Of a stretch of DNA of 64,000 bases, positions 13,921-27,918 are shown piece after piece. Positions within the stretch are counted from its first letter, which is position 1, and each line of letters starts with the position of its first letter. The stretch is from Octopus sinensis (Eukaryota): NCBI RefSeq assembly GCF_006345805.1, contig NC_043002.1, forward strand, positions 52,204,001-52,268,000. Direction: 5' to 3'. The position numbers and the translations under genes were made by a program. The notes under the pieces are model-generated. The model saw nothing but the letters and a program-made list of their open reading frames with translations. It was not told the origin of the DNA and ran no database searches.

Positions 13921-15294
13921 AGTATAATTAACATGGACAATAAAAGAATTTGCCACAAGAGAAACAACAACAAAAGAAAAATAAATAAAATAGCAATAAC
14001 ATTCAACAACGGCAATGACAACATCAATAGCGACAGTCGATGCTCTAAGTAATGACTTGATCAGCTTGATATAGCTATCAAATCTCTCTCAAATCATATT
14101 CTAGTTTTAAAAAATTTGACACTAGATAATGTGGTTGTGAGGGTGATGTGCAGAAGGAAAATAAAGGTCGACCATGTTTGACCTGGGATTAAACATTTAC
14201 AGCAATATCAAGAATACTAATAATAGAAACTACAATAATAGCGACAACAGTAATATAGATAACTAAATCAATGGAGACAAACTGGAAGCTTAGAAACGGA
14301 AAATTAGAAATATTTAAAAGAAAACAATGAACTGACGGTAACCAGGAAAATGTGAGAAGGGTGGTGGTGGAATAAACAGAAGGAAGGAAATGAATGAAAG
14401 AAAGAAAATGAAAAATGATAGAAAGAAAGAGGGAGGGAGGGAGAGATGACACAAGAAAGGATGAAAGGAATAGATAGAAAAAGAAAGAAAATTATAAGGA
14501 AAAGAATAAACAAAAAGAAGTAAAACTAATAAAAAAACGAAGACAACGAAATGAAGGGGGGAAATAAATAAATAAATAAATAAATGATCACAGAAAGAAA
14601 GGAAAGGAGAACCTAGGAAACGGCTGTGTGGTTAAGAGGTTAGTTTTGCAAATATGTGGCTTCTGGTTCACTCACACTGCGCGGCATCTTGGGCAAGTGT
14701 CGTCTACTATAACTGCAGTAATTGCGATCTATGTTCTCATATTTAGGTCGGCGGCTGACCCCGATTCATATGGTAGCTGTATGTTTGTGATCTGTATCTC
14801 TCGTGTATCTGAAGAAGCGTTTAGATTGATTATGCATGCAACATTTGTAATGTGTATCTATGGATTGGATTTATAGCGTGACATCATGAAATGAAATAAA
14901 AGAATACTGATGTGCTCTTTATATTACGTTATAGCCTTCCTTCGATCGCATAGGCCCTTTGACCCCTTGTGATGACGCAACGATCGAGCTTTAACGTGAT
15001 TGACAGTAATAAACAAAACGAGAAAGGTCAAATTGTCGCGTACTGAGCGTATCCAGTCCTACTTGTATGCAACAAAGAGTAAGATAAGTTAAATACACTG
15101 TTAAGAAGGACCTCTGGTGGAAGCGAAAGACCGAGAGACAAATTAAGACCTTTAGAAAAGAAGTTAGACAATTTTACTACCTTCAAATATGTAAACTACA
15201 CAACGAAACAACAAAATGCATCGTAGAAAGTGACCGTCAGGTGTCAAGCAGAGAGACATAGCAGTAGTAACCGAAGAGCTTAAAATAATGAATC

Positions 15295-16148
15295 ACAAAA
15301 CCAGCTATCATTCTTAGTTTTCAACAGAGTCCTGTTTCAAGAAAAAAATTGACAAGAGTGAAATGAAAGAGAGATAGCAGAGTTTTACATCCAGATGATG
15401 TAAAACCCCACTCTTTAATTTCACTTCTCTCAACTTATCCCCGAAGAAGGAATTCTGTTCGAAACGTTGGAATTCCCACTTCCCACGTCAAGCTCATTGT
15501 ATTCTGCGTAAAGCCCTTCTCTTTCCTGTGGTAAAATAGCTCGAATATTTTCCGGATTACTGGGAGACAAGTGATTGGGTAAAAGTATTTGATCTCTGCT
15601 AGCATGTCTCAGTCACTCAGTATATCCTTGTACTAAAATCTTGGTATTCTCTTTGAACCAGGTGTATTCCCGTTCGGCACTTCCTGGTTTAATTCTGGTT
15701 TAATCCTGGTTTGTACAAAAGGAAAGATATGCTGTATAATCAAGTCCCTGATTTAAAATACCGATAAAGAAGACAGTATGATCACAGGTCTGCTTATTCA
15801 GTACAGAACTGAAGCTAATCACCAAATTGCTAACAAATAAATAAATATGATCTATAGACATGGAATGTTGATAAAGCACTGAATCAGATACTAAGAATAT
15901 AATAAAACAAAATCCAAGTAGACATCAATAAAAAGAGTACGGTGAACTTGGTGTGGGAAGTGGAAAATACAACGTTTCGAACAGAATTCCTTCTTCAAGG
16001 ACAAGTCGACAGAAGTGAAATCAAGGAGTGACAGTAGAATTTTTGCATCATCTGGATGTAAAACTCTGCCATCTCTCTTCCTTTCTCTCTTGTTAACTTT
16101 TCTTTGAAGAAGGACTCTGTCCAAAATTAAGAATGATAGTTGATTTTG
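15295..16148. repeat. Inverted repeat, ~200-bp arms (15295-15496 / 15943-16148), each with a hammerhead-like Penelope tail motif
   Basis: Arms align by eye and share GAAGAAGGAATTCTGTTCGAAACGTT. Confidence 0.85.
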
Positions 16149-16794
16149 TTGCGGTTTGGGCTCAGGTCAGTATTGATAGACCACAATTTTAATAAAAGAG
16201 GTGAGAGCCGTGTTCCTCCTGTCCTTGTTTTTATTCATTTTCACGTATAGTGCATTTTGGTGTAAATTATTATTGTGAGCTCCCATTTTGAAAAACAAGG
16301 GGTCGGATGTGATTAAAGATGGCTTAAGCTATCATTTCTATGTCAAGTTTTCCGAACATTGCATAGACCTCCCTTGTCTCGAGCAGGATGAAAGTGAAAG
16401 GAGAGGTATCACGTGGCATGGTAAAGGATGTAGTCCTACATGACGTTTGGAATAGATAATAGGTATGAATCAGAATGAAATCAGTTAACCTTCTTATGAT
16501 AATAATGAAAAGTGTCACGAGCTGATGTTTTTTTAATGTTGAAGCAAGCAATCAAACTAAGAGAGCCAGCAGTAAGAGACTGCATACATGCTTGCACGCA
16601 CGCATGCACGCACATATACACACAGAAATGCGCACACATCTACTCTGTCAAACACGTGCAGCATATCATGTAAATGGTTGTGCTTATGTATGTAATTTAC
16701 ACATACACACATTAGCATCAAGCCAATACATTTCTTATGCACGTCCACATGTCCGTTATTATTCGTTTATTTGAACTGTTTGTGTACTTGAATC

Positions 16795-16934
<140 letters not shown>

Positions 16935-16935
<1 letters not shown>

Positions 16936-17140
16936 TTCCAAACAAGAAAGCACAAAAAAAAAAACACAACAACGCGAGGACGTGGAACAAATATAGTATT
17001 ATTGGACGCTCAGGAAAGAAGGAAAGAAGGAGGGTTTAACGTTTCGAGCGGAGCTCTTCGTCGGAAACATAGGAGAAGGAAAGATCCAGAGAAGGGAAGA
17101 CAGAGGAAAAAAAATCGCCAACGGTACACACGAGGTCATA
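16935..17140 (-). mobile_element. Penelope-like tail element; near-identical copy at 32080-32260
   Basis: Minus strand CCGACGAAGAGCTCCGCTCGAAACGTTA. Both copies abut (TA)n. Confidence 0.6.
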
Positions 17141-17770
17141 TATATATATATATATATATGTATAGGCGCAGGTGCAGCTCTGTAGTAAGAACATTGCCTC
17201 CGGGTTCAGTCCCACCGCGTGGGATTAGGACAAGTATCTACTTCTATAGTCTCGGGCCAATCAAAGTCTTGTGAGTTGATTTAGTTGACGGAAACTGAAA
17301 GAAGTCCGTCGTATATATATATATATATGTATCTACGTGTGTGTTCTCTAACACCGCTTGACAACAGGGGCTGGTGTGTTTATATCCCAGTAAAAAAGCG
17401 GTTCGGCAAGAGAGACCGATAGAATAAGTGCCACGCTCAAAGGAAAAATTCCTCGCTCCTTACGCTCGACTAAAATTCTTCAAGGTAATGCTCCAGCATG
17501 GCCGCAGTCCAATGACTGAAACAAGCAAAGGAATAAAATAAAAGAATTCACACACATTTTTTTCTACTATAAGCACAAGGCCTGAAGCTTTTTGGGGAAG
17601 AGGGTTAGTCGATTCCATCGACCCTAGTGCGTAAGTGGTCCATTTCATTGACTCCGAAATGATGAAAGGCAAAGTCGACCTTGGCGGAATTTGAACTCAG
17701 GCCGTAAAGATAAACGAAATGGTGATAAGCATTTTACCTGGATTGTTAACGATTCAGCCACATATATATA

Positions 17771-17893
<123 letters not shown>

Positions 17894-17904
17894 TTATATA
17901 TATA

Positions 17905-18020
<116 letters not shown>

Positions 18021-18075
18021 CGTATCTATCTATGTGCCAATGTATTAAATATATATAATATAAATAATATATATG

Positions 18076-18116
<41 letters not shown>

Positions 18117-18344
18117 TTAAAATTAGAGATATTCCATTTCTAAATCTGTCAGAGAGACTTATACAGTAGCAGCATGATAAAGTGATGGTTTGTTGCCAGG
18201 AAAGGGAAGAATGCTTCTGCTATATAGCCCCAGGAAACACCGTTTCCAGTTGGCTATGTGACGTAAGCACCTCCACCCAGAAAAGCCAACAACCAGAGAC
18301 TAGTTTCAGATTCATTGTTCTTCATCAATCTGGAGTAGTGTGGT

Positions 18345-20035
18345 TTGCTAGCTTAATTCTTTATTACAGGCACAAGGCCTAATTACAGCGGAGACATGCG
18401 GGAACAAAAAACCACATGAAAGGATGAATGTGAAATGAATAAAATTACAATGCAAATGAAACGGCCATCTCGCTCCTGCTGCGAGATGAAACCGTGGATT
18501 CCTTTTCCTTAAGCCTTTACATTTTACATAACTTCTAGCTTCGCTCCTAGGCAAAACTGCGACTTCCCTTTTCGCTTTTTACCTACAATTATAAATCTTT
18601 TAAACAAATGTTCATGCACGGTTTACATTTTTTCTTTTCCTTTTTACAACTAAAAGTCAACCAAATATTTATCACAGTATTCAAAAATGTTTGAAAACCT
18701 GTTCATTTAACAGTTGCAATTTACTTGCATTTTCTTCCCTTCCATAAAAAGTTCAAACAAACACTCCTCTCAGTCACAGTCTCTACAAAACTACAACGAC
18801 CTACCACTTCCGTCTCTCACAATGTCTCTCAATTCTGCAATCCTTCAAGTTGGGGCGTCCCATCTCACTATAATTCTTCCTTCCGTTTGTTTTCTTCATG
18901 TTGTCTCTCTCTGTCTCCACACCGCTGCTGTTTTACGGTCTCTTACAATTGCGTCTGCTTGTCTGCGTGTTCGCCTGACTGCAATTCTATGTGTTCCGTC
19001 TGTGTGTCCATGTCTCCAGGTTTTCGCAATTCTGGGCTGTCTTGTTTCTGGTCTGAATGACTCTGCACTTGTAAATCCCTTACTGGTAATTCTACCGGTA
19101 AACTCTCTCCGCCTCTTCCATTGCTTTACACTTCCTCAATTCCACTGTCGTCGGTGACTTCCTTCTCCCTCCCTTCCTGTCATGTTCTGTTTTCTGTTTC
19201 TGCTTCCTCTCCACCTTCCTGAACATCCTCCTCCACCACTTCCACTGCTGCTCTAGGGCATTTCCCTCTCAAGTGCCCTCTTTCACCAGATCCGTAACAC
19301 TTTCGGGGTCTCTCCTCCAACACCATTTCTAGCCTTTCTTCATTTGGTAATTCCAAAGCTTCAACCATCTCGTCGTAATTTTTGGGTTCACCGCACAGAT
19401 TATCTCTATACCACATCCCCACCATTTCATTTGTTGTGTTCGGCTTATACCAATCTTCAGGTCCTCACCTTCCTTCCTCAGCACTGAATTAAAAAATTGC
19501 GGCTATTCTGGGTCCAGCGATGGTGGGATCCAATCCTAACGATTCCTTTGCTCAAACAGTTTCGCATCAACGTCCATTTCTCTCCCTGTATCAGCCCGTT
19601 GTCGTTTTTTTCGCCTCCCCTTATGATACAAAGGCTACTATTATAGTCGCTTATTCCCTTCCTCTTGTAAAGAAAGTCATCCCTTCTCCTATTTATTTCT
19701 CCAAGACTTTATCCATCTTCTCCTGCGGCGCGTGTCCCATTCTCCCATTTACATTCGAAAATATTCTGAATATGACCGTCCTGCTTTCCACCTTTCTTTT
19801 CTCCTCCTCTGGCAGGATCATTTATATTTGACTCTTCCTTCCCCATCATACTATAATATCTGGCTATCTTCCTTCCATTCCACTCCATCATCCCCGGCTT
19901 CAGCACACGTGGGTCCAGGGGAACTTGACCTCCAGTAGCCTCCGCGTAACTTTTCAGTTTTTTAAATTGTTTCACTACCACCCAACAATGGCGGCTTCGC
20001 ACAAAAAAATTTCACTTAGAATTCTTCAAAAACAA
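18345..20035 (-). mobile_element. LINE-derived element with ORF1-like gag zinc knuckle and no RT (unit 1)
   Basis: LEMVLEERPRKCYGSGERGHLRGKCP (degenerate CCHC). Ends GGCCTTGTGCCTGTAATAAAGA. No RT or EN motifs seen in ~1.7 kb. Confidence 0.65.
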
Positions 20036-20044
20036 CAAAAGGGC

Positions 20045-21435
20045 GTGGCTTGCTAGCTTAATTCTTTATTACAGGCACAAGGCCTAATTACAGAGGGGAC
20101 ATACAAAGACATGCGGGAACATAAAATATATGAAGGATGAATGTGAAATGAATATATTTACAATGCAAATGAGTCGGCCATTTCACTCCCGCTGCGAGAT
20201 GAAACCGTGTATTCCTTTACCATTAACTTATTACACAACCTCTAGCCTCGCTCCGAGGCGAAACCGCGACTTCCCTTTTCGCTTTCGCCCTATAATTACA
20301 CCTTTTAAACAAATGTTCAAACAGGATTTACTTCTTACTTTTCCTTTTTTTTTAAAACTAAAGTCAACCAAATGTAATGGCCCAGTGGTTAGGGCAGCGG
20401 ACTCGCGGTCGTAGGATCGCGGTTTCGATTCCCAGACCGGGCGTTGTGAGTGTTTATTGTGCGAAAACACCTAAAGCTCCACGAGGCTCCGGCAGGGGAT
20501 GGTGGTGATCCCTGCTGTACTCTTTCACCACAACTTTCTCTCACTCTTACTTCCTGTTTATGTTGTACCTGTATTTCAAAAGGCCGGCGTTGTCACTCTC
20601 TGTGTCACGCTGAATATCCCCGAGAACTACGTTAAGGGTACACGTGTCTGTGGAGTGCTCAGCCACTTACACGTTAATTTCACGAGCAGGCTATTCCGTT
20701 GATTCGGATCAACCGGAACCCTCGTCGTCGTAACCGACTGAGTCCTTCCATCCATATCACATTATCTTTTTTAAAACATTTTGGAAATCTATTCATTCGA
20801 CACTTGCAAAATGACTTGTTTTATTTTTCCTTAAAAGTTCAAATAAATATTTTCTGAGTTATAGTCTTTACAAAATTGTATCGGCTTACCTCTTTTGTCT
20901 CTCACAATATCTTTCACTCTTGGGGTACGTTGGGGTATCCTATCTCACTATGATTTTCCTTTTGTTTGCGTTTTTCATATTGTCTCATTTTGTTTCTATT
21001 TTCCTGCTGTTTTGTGAGTTCTAGTATCTTCATCTCTAAGTCTGTGTGTTCGTTTGACTGTAACTCTACGTGTTTCGTCTGTGTGTTTTTAGGTTTCCGT
21101 ATTTCTGAGTGGAATTGTTTCTGGTTTGCATGACTCTCTCCTTTTAATTCCTTAGCTGGTACTTCCTCTGGCAAATTTTCTCCGTTGCACGTCGTGGGTT
21201 GAGTTTCTTCTTCCATTCCTTTACATTTTTTCACTTACACTGTCGTCGGTGACTTTCTTCTCTCTCTTTTCTTGGGTTTTATTTCCGCCAAATTTCCCTC
21301 ATATTCTGTTCTCTGCTTCAGCTTTTTTTCCCACCACTGTATCTTCCTGTACACTCTGTTCCACCATATCTACTGTTGCTCTGGGGCATTTCCTTCTCAG
21401 GTGCCCTCTTTCACCGCATCCATAACATTTTATGA
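20045..21435 (-). mobile_element. Related, 5'-truncated ORF1-like element (unit 2) in tandem with unit 1
   Basis: KCYGCGERGHLRRKCP (intact CX2CX4HX4C). Its 3' ~330 bp are homologous to 18345-18670. Interrupted by a SINE at 20379-20753. Confidence 0.65.
20379..20753 (+). mobile_element. tRNA-derived SINE, family D (CpG-rich, young-looking)
   Basis: A-box ggcccagtggttagg and B-box ggtttcgattccc. A partial minus-strand copy lies at ~5040-5250. Confidence 0.85.
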
Positions 21436-21643
21436 AGGGGAGAAGAAAAAATTGGAGATAAGATATGTGAGGAAAAAACAGGAAGGGGAGAAAGGAAGAG
21501 AGAAAAACAAAAGAGTAATAGGAGAATTGGAGGTAAAAGAATAAGAGAGAGAAAGAGAGAAAAACGAAAGAGTACAAAGATAGGAGAGCGCGCATCAGAA
21601 TTATTAAGATAAAACTTACTTGAGAGAGGATGCGTGGTGTTCA

Positions 21644-21678
<35 letters not shown>

Positions 21679-21699
21679 CACATATATATACACATCGCC

Positions 21700-21900
21700 A
21701 TGTTGATTCGCTAGCCTCTGCACGCATTTTTTATCTCCTTCTTTCTGTGTTTCTTTTCTGTGTATCTTTCTGTTGAAGAGCGTAGGCTCGAAACGCAAAA
21801 GACTTGTTTTATTTATATTCCTGAGCGCCATACTAATACAATTGTTTGTTTGTATTCCACCTGCCTTCGTCTTTTGTCTATTTTCATAAAGCTTCCCGTT
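21700..21900 (+). mobile_element. Penelope-like tail element with hammerhead-like motif
   Basis: CTGTTGAAGAGCGTAGGCTCGAAACG at 21770-21795; ends in (TA)n. Confidence 0.55.
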
Positions 21901-21929
21901 ATATATAATATATATATATATATATATAT

Positions 21930-21986
<57 letters not shown>

Positions 21987-21993
21987 GTGTGAG

Positions 21994-22310
21994 GGCGCAT
22001 GGCTTAGAGCGTCGAACTTACGACCATGAGGTTGGGAGTTCGAATCCCGGACCGGGCTGGCATGTTGTGTTCTTGAGCAAGACACTTTATTTCACGTTGC
22101 TCCAGTTCACTCAGCTGTAGAAATGAGTTGCGACGTCACTGGTGCAAAGCTATATCGACCTTTCCCTTAGATGACATCGGTGGCGTGGAGAGGGGAGGCT
22201 GGTATGCATGGGCGCTGCTGGTTTTCCATAAACAACCTTGCCCGGACTTGTGCCTCAGGGGGTAACTTCCTAGGTGCAATCCCATGGTCATTTGTAACTG
22301 AAAGGGGTCT
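21994..22310 (+). mobile_element. tRNA-derived SINE, family C
   Basis: ggcgcatggcttag...gagttcgaatcccgg head and cacgttgctccagttcactcagctg body. Other copies at ~8440-8540, 8850-9020 and 56483-56750. Confidence 0.85.
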
Positions 22311-22339
22311 CCACATATATTCTATTCTTTTTTTATTCT

Positions 22340-22515
22340 ATTACTTATTGCGACCATGCTGGAGCACTGCCTTTAGTCCAACAGATCGAACCCAGGTCTT
22401 ATTACATGTAAGCCTAGTACTTATTCCATCGGTGTCTTGTGCCGAACCGCTAAGTTACGGTGACGTAAACACACCAAAATCAGTTGTAAAGCGATAGTGT
22501 GGGGACAAACACAGA

Positions 22516-22548
<33 letters not shown>

Positions 22549-22714
22549 ATATGACGGGCTTCTTTCAGTTTACCTCTACCAAATCTACTTACAAGGCTTT
22601 GGTCGGCGCCAGGCTATAGTACAAGACACTTGCCCAAAGTGCCGCGCAATGGGACTGAACCTGGAACCCTGTTGTTGGGAAGCAAGCTTCTAACCACACA
22701 GCCACTCCTGCGCC
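22340..22714 (-). mobile_element. SINE family A
   Basis: Reverse complement of the family A consensus, ending gccactcctgcgcc. Confidence 0.85.
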
Positions 22715-22809
22715 TATATTTATATGTGTGTGTGTGTGTGTAAATAACATATAATATATATACATATATGTATACACACACACACACCACACACACACAC
22801 ACACATATA

Positions 22810-22861
<52 letters not shown>

Positions 22862-23708
22862 ATTTACGAAAATAAATGAGTTGAATACGCAAACAACGAG
22901 AGAAACAAGCAGAAAATGGACAAGTAACATAAAGAACGACACTTTATCAGTTGTCAGCTGCCTAGCTACTCCTCATTTCGGGCATTAAACAATAATATGA
23001 GTCTTCGAAGGCAGTTGCTCACACAAATACCAAAATAAGATTTGGGATTTATGGAGGGTCAAAGTTGGGAACAAAATCAGGACAGTGGAGACATACAAGG
23101 AAACCTAACGAAAACAAGCATGGAGAGTCGTTAGACAAGAACGAGGGTAACATAGCGAACGCTGAAGAAATATTTTCTTTGATAAGAGAATAGATAGAAG
23201 AGATAGATAGATAGGATACAAGCCTCTAGGACAGCTCTGAAAGAAAAGAAAGATGATCACGTGAGGAAAAGAAAGACGGACGATGGTCACGCGTGAGCAA
23301 CGAAAGGAAGAGAGAGAGAGAGAGAGTAAAGGAGAAAGAGAAGTAGAGAGAGACAGAGAGAAAAGGAGAAAGAAGAGTAGAGTGACAGAGAAAAGGAGAA
23401 AGAAGTAGAAAGAGGGAGAGGGAGAGAGAGAGAGAGAGAGATAGAAAACTGTGAAGGGGAGAAAAACGGATTTGGAGAAAGGATGAGAGAGAAAACGATA
23501 GGGGAGAAAACAGTATAGGGTAGAGTGGCATCAACAAATTAAGATAAACTTACTTGGAAATGGATGTGTGCGTTCAATCAAATAATAAAATAAATAACAC
23601 ACACACACACATACACACACACATACACACACACATATATATATGCATATATATTATTCATATTATTATTTGATTGAAAACCACTCATCCATTTCCAAGT
23701 AAGTATAC

Positions 23709-23797
<89 letters not shown>

Positions 23798-24191
23798 CAC
23801 ACACACGCATACACATACCCACGTATATATATCTACGCGTGTGAGTGAATAATTATGTAGTCCTGTACATTCACATACAATACAACTACATATTTTCACT
23901 AAAATTCAAAGGCAAACTAGATACAATAAGACAATATAATTAAAATATACATAAATATACATTCATATATTCATAATTACATTTCTAAATTAACGTGGAC
24001 AGAGATAGGAATACAAAAATTAGATAGGTATTTGAAAACTCACTGATATAATTAGAATGAGAGTAACTCCGAGTAACAGGTTTTGTTGAATTTCTGCTGC
24101 TTTTAAATAAAGCATATTACTCTACCCCTGGTATTTGAGTACTCTTTTTTCCACCTTGTTTCACATTTATGTGTTTAACTCCGGTATATAG

Positions 24192-24248
<57 letters not shown>

Positions 24249-24500
24249 CGGGAAGCTTTATGAAAATAGACAAAAGACGAAGGCATATATACATCTCAGT
24301 AAAACCACAGCACTTGGAAAGGCAAACACAGCAGGCATGTCTGTGTTTGCCTTCCAGTGCTGTGGTTTTACTGAGATCTCCCTTTTAGTAGAAAGAATAG
24401 CTATAACTCTTTGACTGCTATTTCTAAATTCGGTGTGTGGTGAGGCAATCGTTGCTAAACCCTTAATTACTATATATTATATATGTATGCATATATATAT

Positions 24501-24558
<58 letters not shown>

Positions 24559-24690
24559 GTATGCATATATATAATATTATGTGCATATATGTATATATAA
24601 TATATATAATATATATATATATATAATGTATAATATATATATATATGTATATATATATATATGTATATATGTATATATATAATATATATA

Positions 24691-24761
<71 letters not shown>

Positions 24762-26436
24762 ATTGTTGATTAACTGTTGAGTGGACGGACGTCTATTTGC
24801 TTCTCTCCCAGTCAGTAGCAAGCTACACAGCTTCAAAACTTAACTGACCTAAATATATATATATTTGTAACCAGTGTTTGCCTACAAACCCGTAAGTACG
24901 TTTTCATTTAACTACAAATTGTTATAATACACCTGTTTTTCTTTAATATCCTCAAACAACCAATAATCAAAACTCACACCCTTAAGAGAGAACATTTATA
25001 TATATATCACTTCTTTAACTCCCAAGAAAGAATATATATATTTTCAAAAATCAAAAGGAAAACAAACAAAGAAAAACAAACATGACTAACTTGCAGGCCT
25101 GCAACAGACGAAATTGGTCTGATAACGAAATTGATGTTTAATAACACATGGTTCTCTCTTTCCCAAACAAAAATCTAAATGTTTTGTGTTTTGAATGAGA
25201 TTGCCGAAAAAACCTCACAAGTGGTCAACACACGTCCATCCTCAAACAGATTCGTAGCAAACTGAAACATATCGAAGTATCTTTCAAACTGACAAAAGGC
25301 CATTATGAAAAGCTTCTTCATATTTTCACAGTTCAAGAACAGCAACAGCTAGAAAATCAGCAGCCACAACAACAACAACAAAACAATGAGCCACTCCTGG
25401 TTCCCAGCACAATGGCTGACCCTAACATCGGTCAAGCACAACAACAACAACAACAGCCCAGCAACAAGAATACAACAGCCACTCCTCAACTCTAGCTTAC
25501 TAGATGATTCACTAAATGCCAGTATCTTTCACCGCTCTCACAGCAACCACCACAATTATCATCATCATCAACACCACTGCTGGCACCCATCGTCTTCTAT
25601 TCACCAAAAATACCACAAAAACCAAATAAGAAACCACTGCCCTCTTCCCCCACATCACCACCTCAATACTACTGCAGTACAAAAACTTAAAGAAACATAG
25701 GAAGCATGTAATATATATATATATATATATATATGTAAAGAAACATAGAAGCAGAATGCGCCCCCCACGGCTCAACAAGAAATCCCCAATATGCCGCTAT
25801 TCACTGCGCCAGAGACTCTGCACAAATAGTGACTGCATCTTCACGCATCTCCCGGCACTAGACGCACTACCGGCCAAGGCCAAAGCACGCATCCCACAAT
25901 AACATCAACACCACCAAATAGTAAATCGAAATTCAAAACACACACAACTCGGAGTCCCAAATCTGCCGGTATTCCCAACGTGAGAGAACATGTCTACTGA
26001 GTGACTGTCCCTTCACTCATCTTCCAGGGACCCGACTCACAAACAGAAACGGGCCTCAAGCCACACACAAACCTGAATAACAATAAAAATAGAAACACAC
26101 CATGCTGCAGTAATGCTGGTCCAGTCTTTTCAGGAAGACACAAAACAACAACCAAAAGTGGAAACTACAACCCTATCCAACATGCAACCGCACCTCCAGC
26201 CAAAAACTGCTCCCTAAGCAGGAAAATTCTTTTTTAGCCATGTTGAACATGGCAAAAGAGATACACAAAAACATTCTAGCCATCACTCAACACCATCCTA
26301 TGCTATTACCCCATGCACCAATTCCCCACATTGCTGCCACTAACACACACAAAAAATCCAAGCCCCCTGCAACAGTCAAACCGCCACTACACTAACCTCC
26401 ACATTCCTACTCATGCACAAGGTGTCAGCCCTTCCA

Positions 26437-26536
26437 NNNNNNNNNNNNNNNNNNNNNNNNNNNNNNNNNNNNNNNNNNNNNNNNNNNNNNNNNNNNNNNN
26501 NNNNNNNNNNNNNNNNNNNNNNNNNNNNNNNNNNNN
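26437..26536. other. Assembly gap (100 N)
   Basis: Run of exactly 100 N, typical of a scaffold join of unknown size. Confidence 0.99.
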
Positions 26537-26746
26537 CCACACGCTAGGAGGGACTTTCAAAGTCATTACTACCACAATAAACGAATCGTACCTAATGCAG
26601 TTCTCGAAGCAAGACATTTAAAAACAGAATTTAGTTCCAGATCACCTGTGATTTCGCAATTAACGTATTATCTACGTCTTTTGTTCATCAGTGAAACATA
26701 TTCAAAACATATCAAAAATAAACAAAACCGACATACCCGGCGAAAC

Positions 26747-26786
<40 letters not shown>

Positions 26787-27028
26787 CATACTCATGTGTG
26801 TGTGTGTTTGTCCCCACGCCACCGCTTGAAAACGGGTGCTGGTGTGTTTACGTCCCCATGACTTAGCAGTTCGGAAAAAGAGACCGATAGAATAAGTACT
26901 AGGTTAACAAAGAATAAGTCATGGTGCCGATTTCTTCGACTAGAAACCCTTTAAGGCGGTACTCCAGCAATCAAATGGCCGCAGTCAAATGACTGAAACA
27001 AGTAAAAGAATAAAAGAATACACACACA

Positions 27029-27067
<39 letters not shown>

Positions 27068-27404
27068 GCTGTAGAAAACATTTTAATAAATCTCCACTCT
27101 CCTCTCGGTTTTCAGTTACACACACACACACACACACACGAACACAAAAACACAAATAGATAACGATATTGTTGATGGCTCGGATTCGATGTTGCAGCAG
27201 TCAGAATAATAATTATACTTTTTACTGGAGGCACAAGGGCTCAAATTTGTGGGTAGGGGACTAGTCGATTACATTGACCCCAGTGTTTCACTGGTACTTA
27301 ATTTATTGACCTCGAAAGGATGAAAGGCTAAGTCGGCGGAATTTGAACCCAGAATGTAGCGACGGGCGACATATCGCTAAGTATTTAGTCCGGCATAACT
27401 CTTT

Positions 27405-27635
27405 ATCTCTCTTTAACTTGTTTCAGTCATTTGACTGCGGCCATGCTGGAGCACCGCCTTTTAGTCGACCAAATCGACCCCAGGACTTATTCTTTCTAAG
27501 TCTAGTACTTATTCTATCGGTCGTCTCTTTTGCCGAACCGCTAAGTTACGGGGACGTAAACACACAAACATCGGTTGTCAAGCGATGTTTGGGGACAACA
27601 CAGACACACAAACATACACACACACACACACACAG

Positions 27636-27672
<37 letters not shown>

Positions 27673-27843
27673 CATATATACGACAGGCCTCTTTCAGTTT
27701 CCGTCTACCAAATCCACTCACAAGACTTTGGTCGGCTCGAGGCTGTAGTAGAAGACACTAGCCCAAGGTGCCACGCAGTGGGACTGAACCCGGAACCATG
27801 TGGTTGGTAAGCAAGCTACATATCACACAGCCACTCCTGCGCC
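27405..27843 (-). mobile_element. SINE family A
   Basis: Full-length reverse-complement copy. Confidence 0.85.
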
Positions 27844-27886
27844 TGCTGACGATTCTGCCAGCTCGCCTCCTTAATAATAATAATGA

Positions 27887-27917
<31 letters not shown>

Positions 27918-27918
27918 A

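Noticed and set aside
14930-15050. CRE-like (TGACGCAA) and nuclear-receptor half-site (AGGTCA) motifs
   Set aside because: Short motifs like these are expected by chance, and no conservation data are available.
20379-20450. tRNA gene-like sequence (also the heads at 21994, 49010-49080 and 54073)
   Set aside because: These are A/B boxes continuing into repeated SINE bodies, with no complete acceptor stem.
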